A stretch of 64,000 nt of DNA from Mobula hypostoma. Lineage: Eukaryota. Below the pieces are notes generated by a model. The model saw only the letters and a program-made list of their open reading frames with translations, was not told the origin of the DNA and ran no database searches. The DNA is taken from the NCBI RefSeq assembly GCF_963921235.1, contig NC_086097.1:180360001-180424000 (forward strand). Direction: 5' to 3'. A program made the translations under genes and the position numbers. Below are positions 41,687-55,651 of the stretch, piece by piece (positions within the stretch are counted from its first letter, which is position 1; every line of letters begins with the position of its first letter).

Positions 41687-43500
41687 CAGTCCCTATAAAA
41701 AGTATCTACCCCCAGGGAAGTTTTCATGTTTTATTGTTTTACACCATTGAATCACGGTGGATGTAATTTGGCTTTTTTTGACACTGATCAACAGGAAGAT
41801 TCTTTTGTGTCAAAGTGAAAATAGATCCCTACCAAATGATCTAAATAAATTACAAATATAAAACACAAAATAATTGATTGCGCAAGTATTCACCCCCTTT
41901 AATATGACACACCAAATCACCACTAGTGCGGCCAATTGGTTTTAGAAGTCATATAACTGGTTAAATAGAGATCAACTGTGCAACACACACACACAACGCT
42001 GAGGGAACTCAGCAGGCCAGGCAGCATCTATGGAAAAGAGTACAGTACAGTCGACATTTTGGGCTGAGACCCTTCAGTCTAGGAGAAAAAAGATGAGGAG
42101 TCAGAGTAGAAGGTTGGGGGGGGGCAGGGAAGGAAGAAAAGTGAGTCAGAGGGCAGCAGAGATCACAGAGGGGGAGTAATGAGAGAGGGTTTCACTGAAC
42201 TCCCATCGAAGGGAAGATTTAGACTTCTTCAGGGTAGGTATTTCTGGAAGAGACTTTGCAGTGCAGTAGTTCAATCACAAACAAGAGAAAATCTGCAGAC
42301 GCTGGAAATCCAAGCAACACACACAAAATGCAGGCCAGACATTGTCTATAGGAAAGAGTATAACAGTAGTTGATGTTTTGAGCCAAGACCCTCCATCAGG
42401 ACTGGAGAAAAAAAATTCCAAGTCACTGAGTATCTCTTGTAGTACAGTTAAGTCAATTATCAAGAAATGGAAAGAATATGGCACAGTTGTAAATCTGCAT
42501 AGAGCAGCTGTCCTCAAACTCTGGAGGAGTTACAAGCTTCTGTGGCTAAAATGGGAGAGACTGCACATACAACTGTTGTCCGGGTATTTTACCAGTCACA
42601 GCTTTATGGGAGAGTGGCAAAGAGTAAGCTACTGTTTAAAAAAACTCACATGAAATCTCGGCTAGAGTTTGCCACAAGGCATGTGGAAAACTCTGAAGTC
42701 AACTGGAAGAAGGTCCTGTGGTCTGATGAAACCAAGACAGAGCTTTATGGCCATCAGACTAAATGCTAGGATTGGCATAAACTAAACACCGCATATCAAA
42801 AACACACCATCCCTACTGTGAAGAATGGTGGTGGCTGCATCATGCTGTGGGGATTCTTCACTGCAGCAGACTATGGAAGGCTTGTTAAGGTAGAGGGTAA
42901 AATGAATGCAGCAAAATACTGGGAATTCCTGGAGGAAAACCTGATACAGTCTGCAAGAAAACTGTGTCTTGGGAGAAGATTTTTTTTCCAGCAAAACAAT
43001 GACCCCAAGCATAAAGCCAAAGCTACACAGAAATGGCTTAAAAACCACAAAGTTAATATCCTGGAGTGGCCAAGTCAGAGTCCAGACCTGAATTCAATTG
43101 AATATTTGTGGCTGGACTTAAAAAAGTTCACTCATGATCCCCATTCAATCTAACAGAGCTTGAGCAGTTTTGTAAAGAAGAATGGGGAAAAATTGCAGCA
43201 CCCAGATATGCAAAGCTGATCGAGACTTATTCACACAGACTCAAGGCTGTAATTGCTGCCAAAGGTGCTTCTACTAAATAATGGCTTGAAAAGGATGAGT
43301 AATTATGCAATCAATGATTTTGTGTTTAATAATTGTAATAAATTTAGACCAATTTGTAAGAACTTGTTTCCACTTTGAAACAAGTGTCTTTTCTGTTGAT
43401 CAGTATCAAAAAAGCCAAATTAAATCCACTGTGATTCAATGTCGTAAAACAATAAAACATGAAAACATCCAAGACAGGAGACTGATTTTTATAGGCATTG
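41687..43500 (+). mobile_element. Tc1 transposon with long (~200-bp) TIRs, decayed, with Penelope-like fragments inserted at ~41980-42410
   Basis: Ends TA|CAGTCCCTATAAAAAG ... TTTTTATAGGCATTG. Transposase motifs VLWSDETK, GGGCIMLWG, FQQNNDPKH and SPDLNSIEYLW. Confidence 0.9.
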
Positions 43501-44679
43501 TGTGTGTGTATATATATATAGTGCATCACCTCACACTTACCAGGATTAAATTCCATCTTCTCCCCTATTTTAATATCATTCTGTAGCCTAAGGCTATCTT
43601 TCTCAAAATCAATGCCACAAATTTACTAATCTTACCTCCTACATTTGTATCCAAATTGTAATGTCCAAGCAACAATCCCTGTTTACACCACTGTTCATGT
43701 TTCAAATCACAAAAATAACTCTCCACCATCATTCACAAACATAAGAAAATTTGCAGACACAAAATGATTGAGGAACTCAGCAGGCCAGGCAGCATCTAGG
43801 AAAAGAGTACAGTTGATGTTTCCCACATGGATCTTGTCAAAAGCCTTATCGAAATTCCTGTCAACTGAATAAATCACACTGCTCTCATTGGTGCATGTTG
43901 TATGTCTCTTCAGAAAGTTCACCTAATTTGATCAGACAGGATCATCCCTTAAAGTTGTGCTGACTATCAAAGTCTTGTCCCTCAGAACTTCTTCCAGTAA
44001 TTTCCTTACCACTGAAGACACAAGAGACTGCAGATAGTGGAATCTGAATCACCAAACAATCTGCTTGAGGGACTCCGTGGTTTGGCCAACACCTGTGGGG
44101 GAAGGGAATTGAACACTTTTTGATCAAGACTCAGTCCTAATGCAGGAGTTGACCTGAAACAGCAACGATTCATCCCTTACACTGATGCTTCTAGTCCGTT
44201 TACAGATTGTTTGCTGTACCCTACCCTTGACATTAGATTCACAGTTCAATTGTTGCCAAGGTGCCTAAGAACTTAAATTCAAATTATTAGTTCTGGAATT
44301 AATATTGTTCTTGAGAACAGTAACATTTGATTATAAATAAAATCCTGTTTGATTTATTAATCTCCACCGGAAAAAGATCAATTTTTCACCTAACCCACTT
44401 GTTTTTCTATAGTAGTTTTTTGTCTGTGGCTTAGGCTTCAAGTTGGGAGACATGGTCACAGTTATATACCTTACAGGCAATGCCACACAGACTCTTCCAT
44501 CACATTCCCTGCTACACTTCACCCATGGTCAAGACAGACCCATTAGAAAGAATGGCATGACAAGGTGAGAGAGGATCACCCTGGGATCTCAGTATTGTTT
44601 CGAAACCCAGGGCTGATGGCAGTAGGTCAGACATGGGCCAGGAACCTTGTCTTGATTACCACTTGCTGTCCACTCTCAG

Positions 44680-47400
44680 CTGATGAATCAATTTGAGAAG
44701 AGGAGTGTGAATACAGGACAAAAAGTGTTATATTTCATTGCATGCAGAATACAAAACAAGGTAGATGAGCTTATTGTGCAGTTGGAAATTGGCAGATACA
44801 AAGTTGTGCGTGTCTCAGAATCATGGCTGAAAGAAGACCACAGCCTGGAGCTAAACATACAAATCCTACTGAAAAGCCAGGCAGGTAGGTGGAGGGGTGG
44901 GGTGGCTCTGTTGGTAAAATAAAATGAAATCAAATCCTTAGCAAGAAGTGACATAGGTTCCTTGTGGGTAGATTTAAGAACTACAAAGATAAAAAGATCC
45001 TGATGGAGGTTATATATAGGCCTCCAAATACAAATTACAATGGGTGATATAAGCATATTAAAGGGAGAGTCTTATGATGGTCATGAGGGATTTCAATTAT
45101 GTAGACAGATTGGGAAAATCAGATTGGTGCTTGAGCCCAGGAGAAAGAATTTATAGAATGCCTGTGAGATGACTTTTTCAAGTAGTTTGAAAGGCAATTC
45201 TGGATTTGGTGTCATGCCATAAATCATATTTGATTAGGAAGCTTAAAGTAAGGGAACCTTTTGGAGACTGAGATCATAAAATGATAGAATTCACCCTACA
45301 GTTTAAGAGGATGTCAGCAGGTCGGGCAGCATCCGTGGAAAAGATCGGTCAACGTTCGAAACGTTGACCGATCTTTTCCACGGATGCTGCCCGACCTGCT
45401 GAGTTCCTACAGCGTGTTGTGAGTGTTGCTTTGACCCCAGCATCTGCAGATTATTTTGAGTTTGAGAGGATGTGTCAGTGCTGCAGTTAATTATAGAGGC
45501 ATAAGAGAGGAACAGGCCAAAGTTGATTGGAAGGGGATCCCAGCAGCGATAATGGTAGGATAGCAAAGATAGGAGTTTCTACTAGTAATTCAGCAGGCAC
45601 AGGATCATTTAATACCAAAGAAGAAGTATTATAAAGGAAGGATGAAGCAACTATGATCGTCAAGGGACATCAACAACAGCATAAAAGTATAAGAGAGGGC
45701 ATCTACTACTGCAGAAAATAGCAGGAAGCTAATTGAAAACAAACAGAAGACAAAGTTTAAAAAAGCAGTAAGGGGAAAAAAGGTGAAATATGGAGGTAAA
45801 CTAGTAAAAGATGGCAAGAAATTCACATTGGACCACTGGAAAGTTATGCCAGAGAAGAAGTAATAGGAAGCAAGGAGATGGCAGATAAATTGACTAAGTA
45901 CTTTGCATCAGTCTTCATCATGGAAGACACCTGCAACATGCCAGAAATTTGAGAGAGTCAGGGGACAGAAGTGAATGTAGTTGTTATGACTAAAGGAAGG
46001 TGCTTGGGAAGCTGAAAGGGCTGAAGGTACAGTAGATAAGTCACCTGGACCAAATGGAGTACACTCCAGGGTTCTGAACGAGATAGCTGAAGAGATTGTA
46101 GAGGCATTAGTAATGATCTTTCAAGAATTAGTAAATCAAGAGACAACTTTAGCCACTCTCCAGTTTTCCAATACTTCACCTTGGCTCACAATGTACAAAA
46201 GATTTGAATGAAGACAAGAGTTGGCTGAGTGAACTCGGCCTTTTCTCCTTGGAGCGACAGAGGTGTATAAGATGATGAGAGGCATTGATCATGTGGATAG
46301 TCAGAGCCTTTTCCCCAGGGCTGAAATGGCTAGCATGAGAGGGCACAGTTTTAAGGTGCTTGGAAGCTGGTACAGAGGAGACGTCAGGGGTAAGTTTTTT
46401 ACACAGAGTGGTAAGTGTGTGGAATGGGCTGCTGGTGATGGTGGTGGAGGCAGATATGATAGGGTCGTTTAAGAGACTCCTGGATAGATACATGGAGCTT
46501 AGAAAAATAGAAGGCTATGGGTAACCCTAGGTAATTTCTGAGGTAAGGACATGTTCAGCACAGCATTGTGGGCCGAAGGGCCTGTATAGTGGTGTAGGTT
46601 TTCTATGTTTCTATGTTCTAATAATTGGTAAATTAGTAAACTTGCAGATGACATAAAGATTGGTGGCATGTGGATCATGTAGAAGGTTGCCAAAGGATAC
46701 AGCAGGATATAGATGAGTTGCAGATGGGTGGAGAAATGACAGATGGAGTTCACTACAGCTACATGTGAGGTGTTAGTTACACTTTTGGAAGTCAAATGAA
46801 AGGAGAAAGTATACAGTTAATGGTAGGCCCTAAATAGCACTGAGGTACGGAGGGAACTTGGGGATCTAAGTCCAGGTGGTAAAGAAGGCGTATGGCATCT
46901 TTGCCTTTAATAGTGGAGGCACTGAGTTCAAGAGTCAGGAAGTTATGTTGCAACTTTATAAAACTCTGGTTAGCCTGGATCTGGAATACTACATTCAGTT
47001 CCAGTTGCCCTGTTATAGGAAGGATGTAGAGGCTATAGAGAGGGTGCAGATGAGATTCAACAAGATACTACTTGGATTGGAGGGCATGTGCCATGAGGGG
47101 AGGTTGGACAAACTTGAGTTGTTTTCTCTTCAGCAGCTGAGGCTGAGGGGAGACCTGATAGATGTTTATAAAATTATGAGAGGCATAGATACAGTAGTTA
47201 GTTGGTATCTTTTTCCCAGGGGCAAAATGTCTAATACAAGAGGGTGAGCATTCAAGGTGAGAAGGGAAAAGTTCAAAGGAGATGTATAGAGCAAGATTTT
47301 TACACAGAGTTGTGGTTGCCTAGAGTGTGCTGTCAGCTTTGGTACTGGAGGCGTTTAAGAAGGTTTACATGAATACTGTATGTGGAAAAAGACCGTATGA
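44680..47400 (+). mobile_element. CR1 LINE fragments (endonuclease to 3' end, several pieces)
   Basis: IQNKVDELIVQLEIG, LYKTLV...RLRGDLIDVYKIMRG and RGHSFKV. Confidence 0.75.
45314..45458. repeat. Penelope-type terminal fragment with perfect 43-bp fold-back
   Basis: Arms 45314-45356 and 45360-45402 are exact reverse complements with loop CGA. TSD AGTTT(A/G)AGAGGATGT at 45300-45314 / 45459-45473. Confidence 0.9.
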
Positions 47401-48139
47401 CCATAAGACATAGAAACAGAAATAGGCCATTTGGCTCATCAAGTCTGCTCTGATCCATTTCCCTCTCAACCCCATTTTCCTGCCTTCTCCCTGTAACCTT
47501 TCATGCCTTGAATAATCAAGAACCTATCAACCTCCACCTTAAATTCACCCATTGACTTGGCCTCCACAGCCACCTGTGGCAACAAATTCCACTGATTCAC
47601 CACCCCCAGCTAAAGAAACTTTTCTTCATCTCAGTATTATTCATTTACTTATTTTATTTTATTTTCACAGCTTGTCTTCTTTATCACATAGGTTGTTTTT
47701 CAGTTTTTGTGTATAGTTTTTCATTGATTCTATTGTATTTCATTGTTCTACTGTGAATTGTGAGAAAATGGATCTTAGGGTAGTGTGTAGTGTCACATAA
47801 ATTTACATTGAACTTTGTTTTTCACTCTAACAGCTAATCTAGTGGAGCTGAAATAAGGACTGTATGCATCATAAACAGAGAAGGGTTGAAAGAGTCAGGC
47901 AATGATAACCCAAGCCACAAACAATGTTTCAGGTCATCACTCTAGTTATGAATGGTGCTAGACTACAAACAAGCTAACAGGAGAAGGAGTCTCCAGGATC
48001 AGACTGATCCTCAAAGGATTGGCATCATGCTTGACCGGGAGTGTTGAGTGGTTACTCTGTCTGCACTTTCTCCTAAGATCCCCAATAACACAATTACCAC
48101 TACTGGTAGCAAGAAAGAGTTGAGAAGATTTGATCTACA

Positions 48140-48244
48140 AAGGCCTGTGAGAAGAGTGTCCGCCCTGTGAGTGCCTGCAGTGAGCGTGTACAAGCTGTGA
48201 GTAGCAAGCAGTACATATAGTACGTAAAATGTGCAGTGTGAGCA

Positions 48245-48286
<42 letters not shown>

Positions 48287-48905
48287 CGCGCGCATGCCTG
48301 TGGTAGAATGTGAACCATATGTTTATACCAGTGGCTTTGTAGAATTCCACTTGGAGAGCAGGGAGATGCTAGACTCTGTGGAATGATGGTCACATCTGAA
48401 ACAGGGACTTGAAGAATTGGGTGAAAGTGGGGGTGGGAAGAGAATGCAAGAGATAAACACACGCTTCCATAGCTAAAACAGACAGTGCTTTTGAAATAAA
48501 CATTATTAAAAACAACAAATAAATGACTAGCGTTCTCAGTTCCATACCCTCAGAGTAATTTTCTGCTCTTGGCTCATTGGCTCGTTATCCAAAGATGGTG
48601 CAGAGATGGGTTGGGTAATATATTAAAAAATATGAGTAAGACCGTATTGTTGTAGTGCTCTCTTTGAAACTGGAGTAGAGTTAATGCTCTGTGAGAAGCA
48701 CTTAGTGTGGTTTAATGTGTATGCAATAGTTCAGGGCTAACTTTGAGCAGTAAATTTTGCTGTGAGCTTACATAGTGAGATTATGAAGGAAAAGAGACTT
48801 TGTCTGGTTCTCTGTATGGTTTGAGGCTGTTCTTGGTGTTCTTATGTCAGTGATAAAGCTTTTTTTTTCCCTTCTATTTCTCTCACTTCTCGCCCTCTGT
48901 AAGCC
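48140..48905 (+). pseudogene. Duplicated upstream/promoter/exon-1/intron-1 region of actin copy C
   Basis: Collinear with ~28920-29704, including the (GT)n, GTAGAATGTGAACCAT, ATTGG and AGAGATGGGTTGGGTA. The donor is mutated (GTGAGT to CTTAGT) and the acceptor AG is lost. Confidence 0.8.
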
Positions 48906-49013
48906 ATGGATGAATGTGATACTGCATCACTGTGGTGGACAATGGATCCTGGACATGCAGGTTTGGGTTTTCGGGGGATACTGTCCCCAAAGCTGTGTTT
49001 CCCTCCACATGAG
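48906..49013 (+). pseudogene. Actin pseudogene copy C, coding exon 1
   Basis: ATGGATGAATGTGAT...GTGGACAATGGATCC...GCTGTGTTTCCCTCC...GAG|GTGAGT. It is frameshifted and 108 nt long versus 126 nt. Confidence 0.9.
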
Positions 49014-49319
49014 GTGAGTCTTCCACTGGTATGCTTCCTTCCACTTATCCTACTTTGTTCTTAGTGAAGTATTCAGTTGAATTGCAGTCTGTCTTTTGTA
49101 GTTTGTGTGGTACAGGAGACCATACACATGTGCTTTTTAATTTACCCTGTTAATTTCTTTTTCACTTTCTATGTTTGTAAAAGTGGGAGAGTTGAGCCTC
49201 TGAACTTGAGCTGTGGTGGGATTCATTCCGGAAGGTCCAGGGAAGCTGCCAAATTCCTTCCCAAGCTGCTAAATAAATTTGGCAAGTCTGTATCATTTTT
49301 GTTTTACCTTGTTGCCAAC

Positions 49320-52300
49320 CTGACTCGCTTAGGCCCATCTAGTCCATACCAAACCATTTAAACGGCCTACTCCTATCGACCTGCATCAACACAATAGCCC
49401 CCCATACCCCTACTGCATCCATGTACCTATCCAAACTTCTCTTAAACATTGAAATTAAGCTCGCATGTGCCACTTGTGCTGGCAGTTCGGTCCACACTCT
49501 CATAACCTTCTGAGTGAAGAAGTTTCTCCTCATGTTCCCCTTAAACCTTTCAGCTCTCGTCTTTCACCCTTAACACATGACCTCTAGTTGTAGTCCCACC
49601 CAAGCATAGTGGAAAAAGCCTGCTTGCATTTACCCTATCTGCACCCCTCAAAATTTTGTATCGCTCTGTCAAATCTCCTCTCAATCTTCTACATTCCAAG
49701 GAATAAAGTCCAAAACAATTTAATCATTCCTTGTAACTCAGGTCCTTCAGACCTGGCAACATCCTTTTAAGTATTCTCTGTACTGTTCAGCCTTATCTAC
49801 ATCTTTCCTGTAGGCAGGTGACCAAAACTGCACATAATTCTTCAAATTAGGCCTCAACAATGTCTTATACAACATCAACATAACATCCCATCTACTGCAC
49901 TGAATACTTTGATCTGTGAAGGCCAATGTGCCAAAAGCCTTCTGTATGACCCTATCTACCTGTGACGCCACTTTCAATAAATTATGTACCTGTATCCCTA
50001 GATCCCTTTGTTCTTCTGCACTCCTCAGTGATCTGCCGTCCATATGTAACCTACGCTGGGTGGTCCTACCGAAGTGTAACACCTTGCAAAAATTCCATCT
50101 GCCATGTCTCAGCCCATTTTTCCATCTGGTCCAGATCCCACTGAAAGCCACGATAGCCTTCCTTGCTGTCTACTGCGTAGAAACATAGAAAACATACAGC
50201 ACAATACAGGCCCTGTGGCCCACAAAGCTGTGCTGAACATGTCCCTACCTTAGAACCCCCTAGGCTTACCCATAGCCCTCTATTTTTCTAAGCTCCATGT
50301 ATCCATCCAGGAGTCTCTTAAAACACCCTATTGTTTCCGCCTCCACCGCCGCCGCCGGCAGCCCATTCCACGCACTCACCACTCTCTCAGTAAAAAGCAT
50401 ACCCCTGACATCTCCTCTGTACCTACTTTCAAATGCCTTAAAACTATGCCCTCTCGTGCTAGCCATTTCAGCCCTGGGAAAAAGCCTCTGACTATCTACA
50501 CGATTAATGCCTCTCATTATCTTGTACACCTCTGTCAGGTCCCCTCTCATCCTCCATCGCTCCAAAGAGAAAAGGCCGAGTTCACTCAACCTTTTCTCAT
50601 AAGGCATGCTCCCCAATCCAGGCAACATCCTTGTAAATCTTCTCTGCACCCTTTCTATGGTTTCCACATCCTTCCTGTAGTGAGGCGACCAGAATTAAGC
50701 ATAGAACTCCAAGTGGGGTCTGATCAGGGTCCTATATAGCTGCAACATTACCTCTTGGCTCTTAAACTCAATCTCACGATTGATGAAGGCCAATGCTCCG
50801 AATGCCTTCTTAACCACAGAGTCAACCTGCCTAGCAGCTTTAAGCGTCCTATGGACTCGGACCTCAAGATCCCTCTGATCCTCCAAATCGCCAAGAGTCT
50901 TGCCATTAATACTATATTCTGCCATCATATTTGACCTATCAAAATGAACCACCTCACACTTATCTGGGTTGAACTCCATCTGCCACTTCTCAGTCCAGTT
51001 TTACATCCTATCGATGTCCCGCTGTAACCTCTCAACACTATCCACAACAACCCCTAACCTTTGTGTCACCAGCAAATTTGCTGACCCATCCCTCCACTTC
51101 CTCATCCAGGTCATTTATAAAAATCACGAAGAGAACGGGGTCCCAGAACAGATCCCTGAGGCACACCACTGGTCACCGGCCTCCATACAGAATATAACCC
51201 TTCTGCAACCACTCTTTGCCTTCTGTGGGCAAGCCAGTTCTAGATCCACAAAGCAATGTCCTCTTGGGTCCCATGTCTCCTTACTTTCTCAAAAAGCCTT
51301 GCATGGGATACCTTATCAAATGCCTTGCTAAAATCCATATACACTACATCTACGGCTCTACCATCATCAATGTGTTTCGTCACATCCTCCAAAAATTCAA
51401 TCAGTCTTATAAGGCACGACCTGCCTTTGACAAAACCATGCTGACTATTCCCAATCATATTATGCCTCTCCAAATGTTCATAATTCCTGCCTCTCAGGAT
51501 CTTCTCCATCAACTTACCAACCACTGAAGTAAGACTCACAGGTCTATAATTTCCTGGGCTATCCCTACTCCCTTTCTTGAATAAGGGAACAACATCTGCA
51601 ACCCTCCAGTCCTCCAGAACCTCTCCCGTCCTCATTGATGATGCAAAGATCATCGCCAGAGGCTCAGGAATCCCTCACTTCCCACAGTAGCCTGGGGTAC
51701 ATCCTGTCCGGTCCCGGTGACTTATCCAACTTGATGCTTTCCAAAAGCTCCAGCACATCCTCTTTCTTAATATCTACATGCTCAAACTTTTCAGTCCACT
51801 GTAAGTCATCCCTACAATCGCCAAGATCCTTTTTGGTAGTGGATACTGAAGCAAAGTATTCATTAAGTACCTCTGCCATCTCCTCCAGTTCCATACACAT
51901 TTTTCCACTGTCACACTTGATTGGTCCTATTCTCTCACGTCTTATCCTCTTGCTCGTCATGTGAATTCTACTTGTAGAATGCCTTGGGGTTTTCCTTAAT
52001 CCTGTCCACCAAGGTCTTCTCATGGCCCCTTCTGGCTCTCCTAATTTCTTTCTTCAGCTCCTTCCTGCTAGCCTTATAATCTACTAGAGCTTGATCATTA
52101 CCTAGTTTTTGAACCTTTTGTAAGCTCTTCTTTTCTTCTTGACTAGATTTACAACAGCCTTTGTACACCACGATTCCTGTACACCACCATCCTTTCCCTG
52201 TCTCTTTGGAATGTATACACACAGAACCCCATGCAAATATCCCCTGAACATTTGCCACATTTCTTCCTCATATTTACCTGAGAACATTTGTTTCCAAGTT

Positions 52301-53540
52301 CCTGCCTGATAGCCTCACATTTCCCCTTACTCCAATTAAATGTTTCCCTAACTTGTCTGTTCCTATCCCTTTCCAATGCTATGGTAAAGGAGATAGAATT
52401 GTGATCACTATCTCTAAAATGCTCTCCCACTGAGAGACCTGACACCTGACCAGGTTCATTTCCCAATACCAGATCAAGTACAGCCTCTTCTCTTGTAGGC
52501 TTATCTACATATTGTGTCAAAAAAACTTCTTGAACACACCTAACAAACTCTACCCCATCTAAACCCCTCACTCTAGGGAGATGCCAGTCAATATTTGGGA
52601 AATTAAAATCTCCCACCACAACAACCCTGTTATTATTACTCCTTTCCAGAATCTGTCTCCATATCTACCCCTCGATGTCCTTGTTATTATTGGATGGTCT
52701 ATAAAAAACACCCAGTAGAGTTATTGACCCCTTCCTATTCCTAACTTCCACCCACAGAGACTCCGTAGACAACCCCTCCATGACTTCCTCCTTTTCTGCA
52801 GCCGTGACACTACATCTGATCAACAGTGCCACTCCAATCCAGTACATCTCCAATCTTGATGTCATCTGCAAATTTTCTGATCCAATTAATCACATTATCA
52901 ACCAGGTTGTTGATGTAGATGACAAACAACAATGGACCTCCTCGCAGCACTTCACTAGTCACAGTCCTCCAATCAGAGAAGCAATCATTCACTACCAATC
53001 TCTGGCTTCTCCCACTAAGCCAATGTCTAATCCAATTCATCATCTCATCTTGAATGCCAAGTGACTGAATCTTCTTGACCAACCTCCCATGCAGGACTTT
53101 ATCAAATACATTGCTAAAGTCCCTGCAGACAACATCCACTGCCTTGCCTTCATCAACTTTCCCAGCAACTTCCTCGAAAAACATTATAAGATTGGTTAGA
53201 CATGACCTACCACACACAAAGTCATGCTGACTAACCTTAAACTGTCCATGTCTATCCAAATACTTATGTATATATGCGGTCCCTTAGAATACCTTCCAAT
53301 AACTTTCCCACTACTGATGTCAGGCTCACTTCCCTATAACTTCCTGGTTAATGTTTAAAGCATTTCTTAAACAGCATAACAGCACTGGCTATCCTCCAAT
53401 CATCCGGTACCTCACATACCGCTAAAGCTAAGGTGCCCTGGTAATTTCTGCACTTGCCTCCTGTAAGGTCCATGGAAACACCTTGTCAGGCCCTGGGGAT
53501 TTATTCACCTTAGTTTGCCTCCAGACAGCAAACATGTCTT
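49320..53540 (-). mobile_element. Two nested CR1 LINEs (inner ~50177-52835 inside an outer copy)
   Basis: Two separate 3' tails (~49320 and ~50177). Inner: VGDFNFPNIDW...GNYRPVSLTSVVGK...FSKAFDKV. The outer copy resumes at KFADDIKIG/CLTNL. Confidence 0.85.
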
Positions 53541-54389
53541 CCTCTGCAATCTGTATAAGGTTCATAAAGCATTCTCAGCTTTAAGGATTGGGTTTGAATT
53601 AAACCTGGGGTTGCACATTCTAACTGACTGTATGGAGATTCCCTGAGTGCTCTGGTTTCCCCTCTCTCATCCTGGTTGGGTAATTTATTGTAAGATCCCA
53701 ACAAGACATAGAAAACATCATAAACACAGGAGCAGAATTAGATCATTGAGTCTACTTTGCCATTCGATCATGGCTGATTAAGGATCATCAATACAGAGGT
53801 CAATAAATGAAATTAAATCTTAAATGTCAATCAAAAGAAGCCACTCCAATGGATGATCAATGTGTCAAGTTGAAAATCTTCCATCAGAACTGTGAGTGTG
53901 TGAAGATCAACACGTTCTGATGTGCAGGGGAGAAGAATGGGGAACTGTGACTGGTAGAACCTCCAACCTCCACCCATCTGAGCACAGGTTGTCCTCTTCG
54001 CATGGACATATTCTTGAGGAGAGCAGGAATCTGTGACTGGTGGGAAGAAGGGGGCTTGATGAGATGCCCTCCTACCTTAGACTGGTTCTGGACTTATTTT
54101 CCATCTGACATAGTTTGCATTTTGTTGTTTATTTGTTGGGGTCTTTTTGTATTGCTATATTTACGGTCTATTCTTGGTTGGTGCGGCTGTAACGAAACCA
54201 AATTTTCCTCGGGATTAATAAAGTATATCTGTCTATCTATCTTCCTCCTATCACTCCCTCCAACCTTCACCACTGAGCACCAGTTGTACACGTTGCCCAT
54301 GGACACGTTCATGAGAATGGGAGTCTGTGACTGTAGATGATGTTCCCTTGGTGGAGTCATTTGGCAAAAGAATTGAACATACAAGAATA

Positions 54390-54890
54390 TTTTTATAAAC
54401 AAAATAATCTTTATTCATAATAAAAAATACTTACAAGAATAAACCATGCAATGCCTTTTCATTCTTTCCATTCATAGTCAATGCTTTCCCTACTGTTCTA
54501 TTGCATTTCTACAGATCAACAGCACTGCTCTCCGTTCATGTGGCTCTGAGGTGGTAAATTACTACTATAATTGAGTAGCTTCATCACCCAGCCCGGCTGC
54601 TCCCTCTCCAGTAGCAGGAGAACCCTACATGGTGGTCCTTCCCCACTGAGCCCTTGCAGTGGCTTCAGTGTGTTCCTTGGCACGTACTCCTGCAGCCTGG
54701 ACTCTGCCCGTTGATATGGTGACAGTCCAACAACATTCAGGCAGACCAAAGGGAAGCTTTCACCGAATTGGAGATCTGCCAGCAGAACCTGATGTTCAGC
54801 ATGTGTCCCCGGGAACAGCTTGTAAATCAGAAAGTCCTCTGTCATGCAGCAGCTCGGAATAGGCTGCAACACAGGCTCTTGCGTCTTCAC
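54390..54890 (-). mobile_element. Tx1/L1-clade LINE 3' end
   Basis: TEDFLIYKLFPGTH...LQEYV resembles Tx1-type ORF2 C-termini (from recall). A-rich tail with AATAAA at ~54390-54430. Confidence 0.5.
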
Positions 54891-55651
54891 GTAAGGGATT
54901 TGATTGGAAAGGGCTTAAAGAAATGAGTGTGAATGGGCCTAGTGGATTGCTCTCTGGAACTTGTAGTTCTAGTCTCACCCAACCTCAGTGGAAAAAGACT
55001 GTTTCTATGTATACCCCTTATAATTTTGTATCCCTCAATCAAATCTCCCCTCATTTTCCTGTGCTCCAGGGAATAAATTCCTTATCTATGCAACCTTTCC
55101 CTTTAACACAGGTTCTCAATTCTTGGCAAAAGCCTTGTAAATTTTTTCTGCACTCTTGCAGTCTTATCATCTTTCTTGTCAGTAGGTGGGCAGAACTGCA
55201 CACAATACTCCATATTAAGGTCCTCCATTTCCTAGGTTCCTCTGTGCCCTCTAGTTTTACCTCCCCTGCCGGGGAAAAGACTCTGAGAATTTGCTGTATC
55301 TATGCCCATCACCTCATGACTTTAGCAACCTCTACAGCCACCCCTCAACCTCCTACATTCTGGGAACAGGGGCGGGGGAGAATGGTGGAAAGCCACAGAC
55401 TATCCAGTCTCTTCATAACTCATGCTCCAATCCTGACAACAGCCTTGTGAATCTTTTCTGTACCCTTACCAGCTTAACTACATCCTTCTGACTACTAGGC
55501 AATCAGAACTGCACACAATACTCCGAGTGTGGTCTCACCAATGTCCTATATAGATGTAGCATGGCATTCCAACTTTTGTATTCAATTACCTGTCCGATGA
55601 AGGCAAGCATATATCATTTACCCTAGCTATGTCAATGTTATCGGGGAACTA

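Noticed and set aside
53890..54890. Second twin-priming inversion (Tx1-like pieces on opposite strands)
   Set aside because: The plus-strand piece is too degenerate to assign, and the A-rich tail is internal, which does not fit the geometry.
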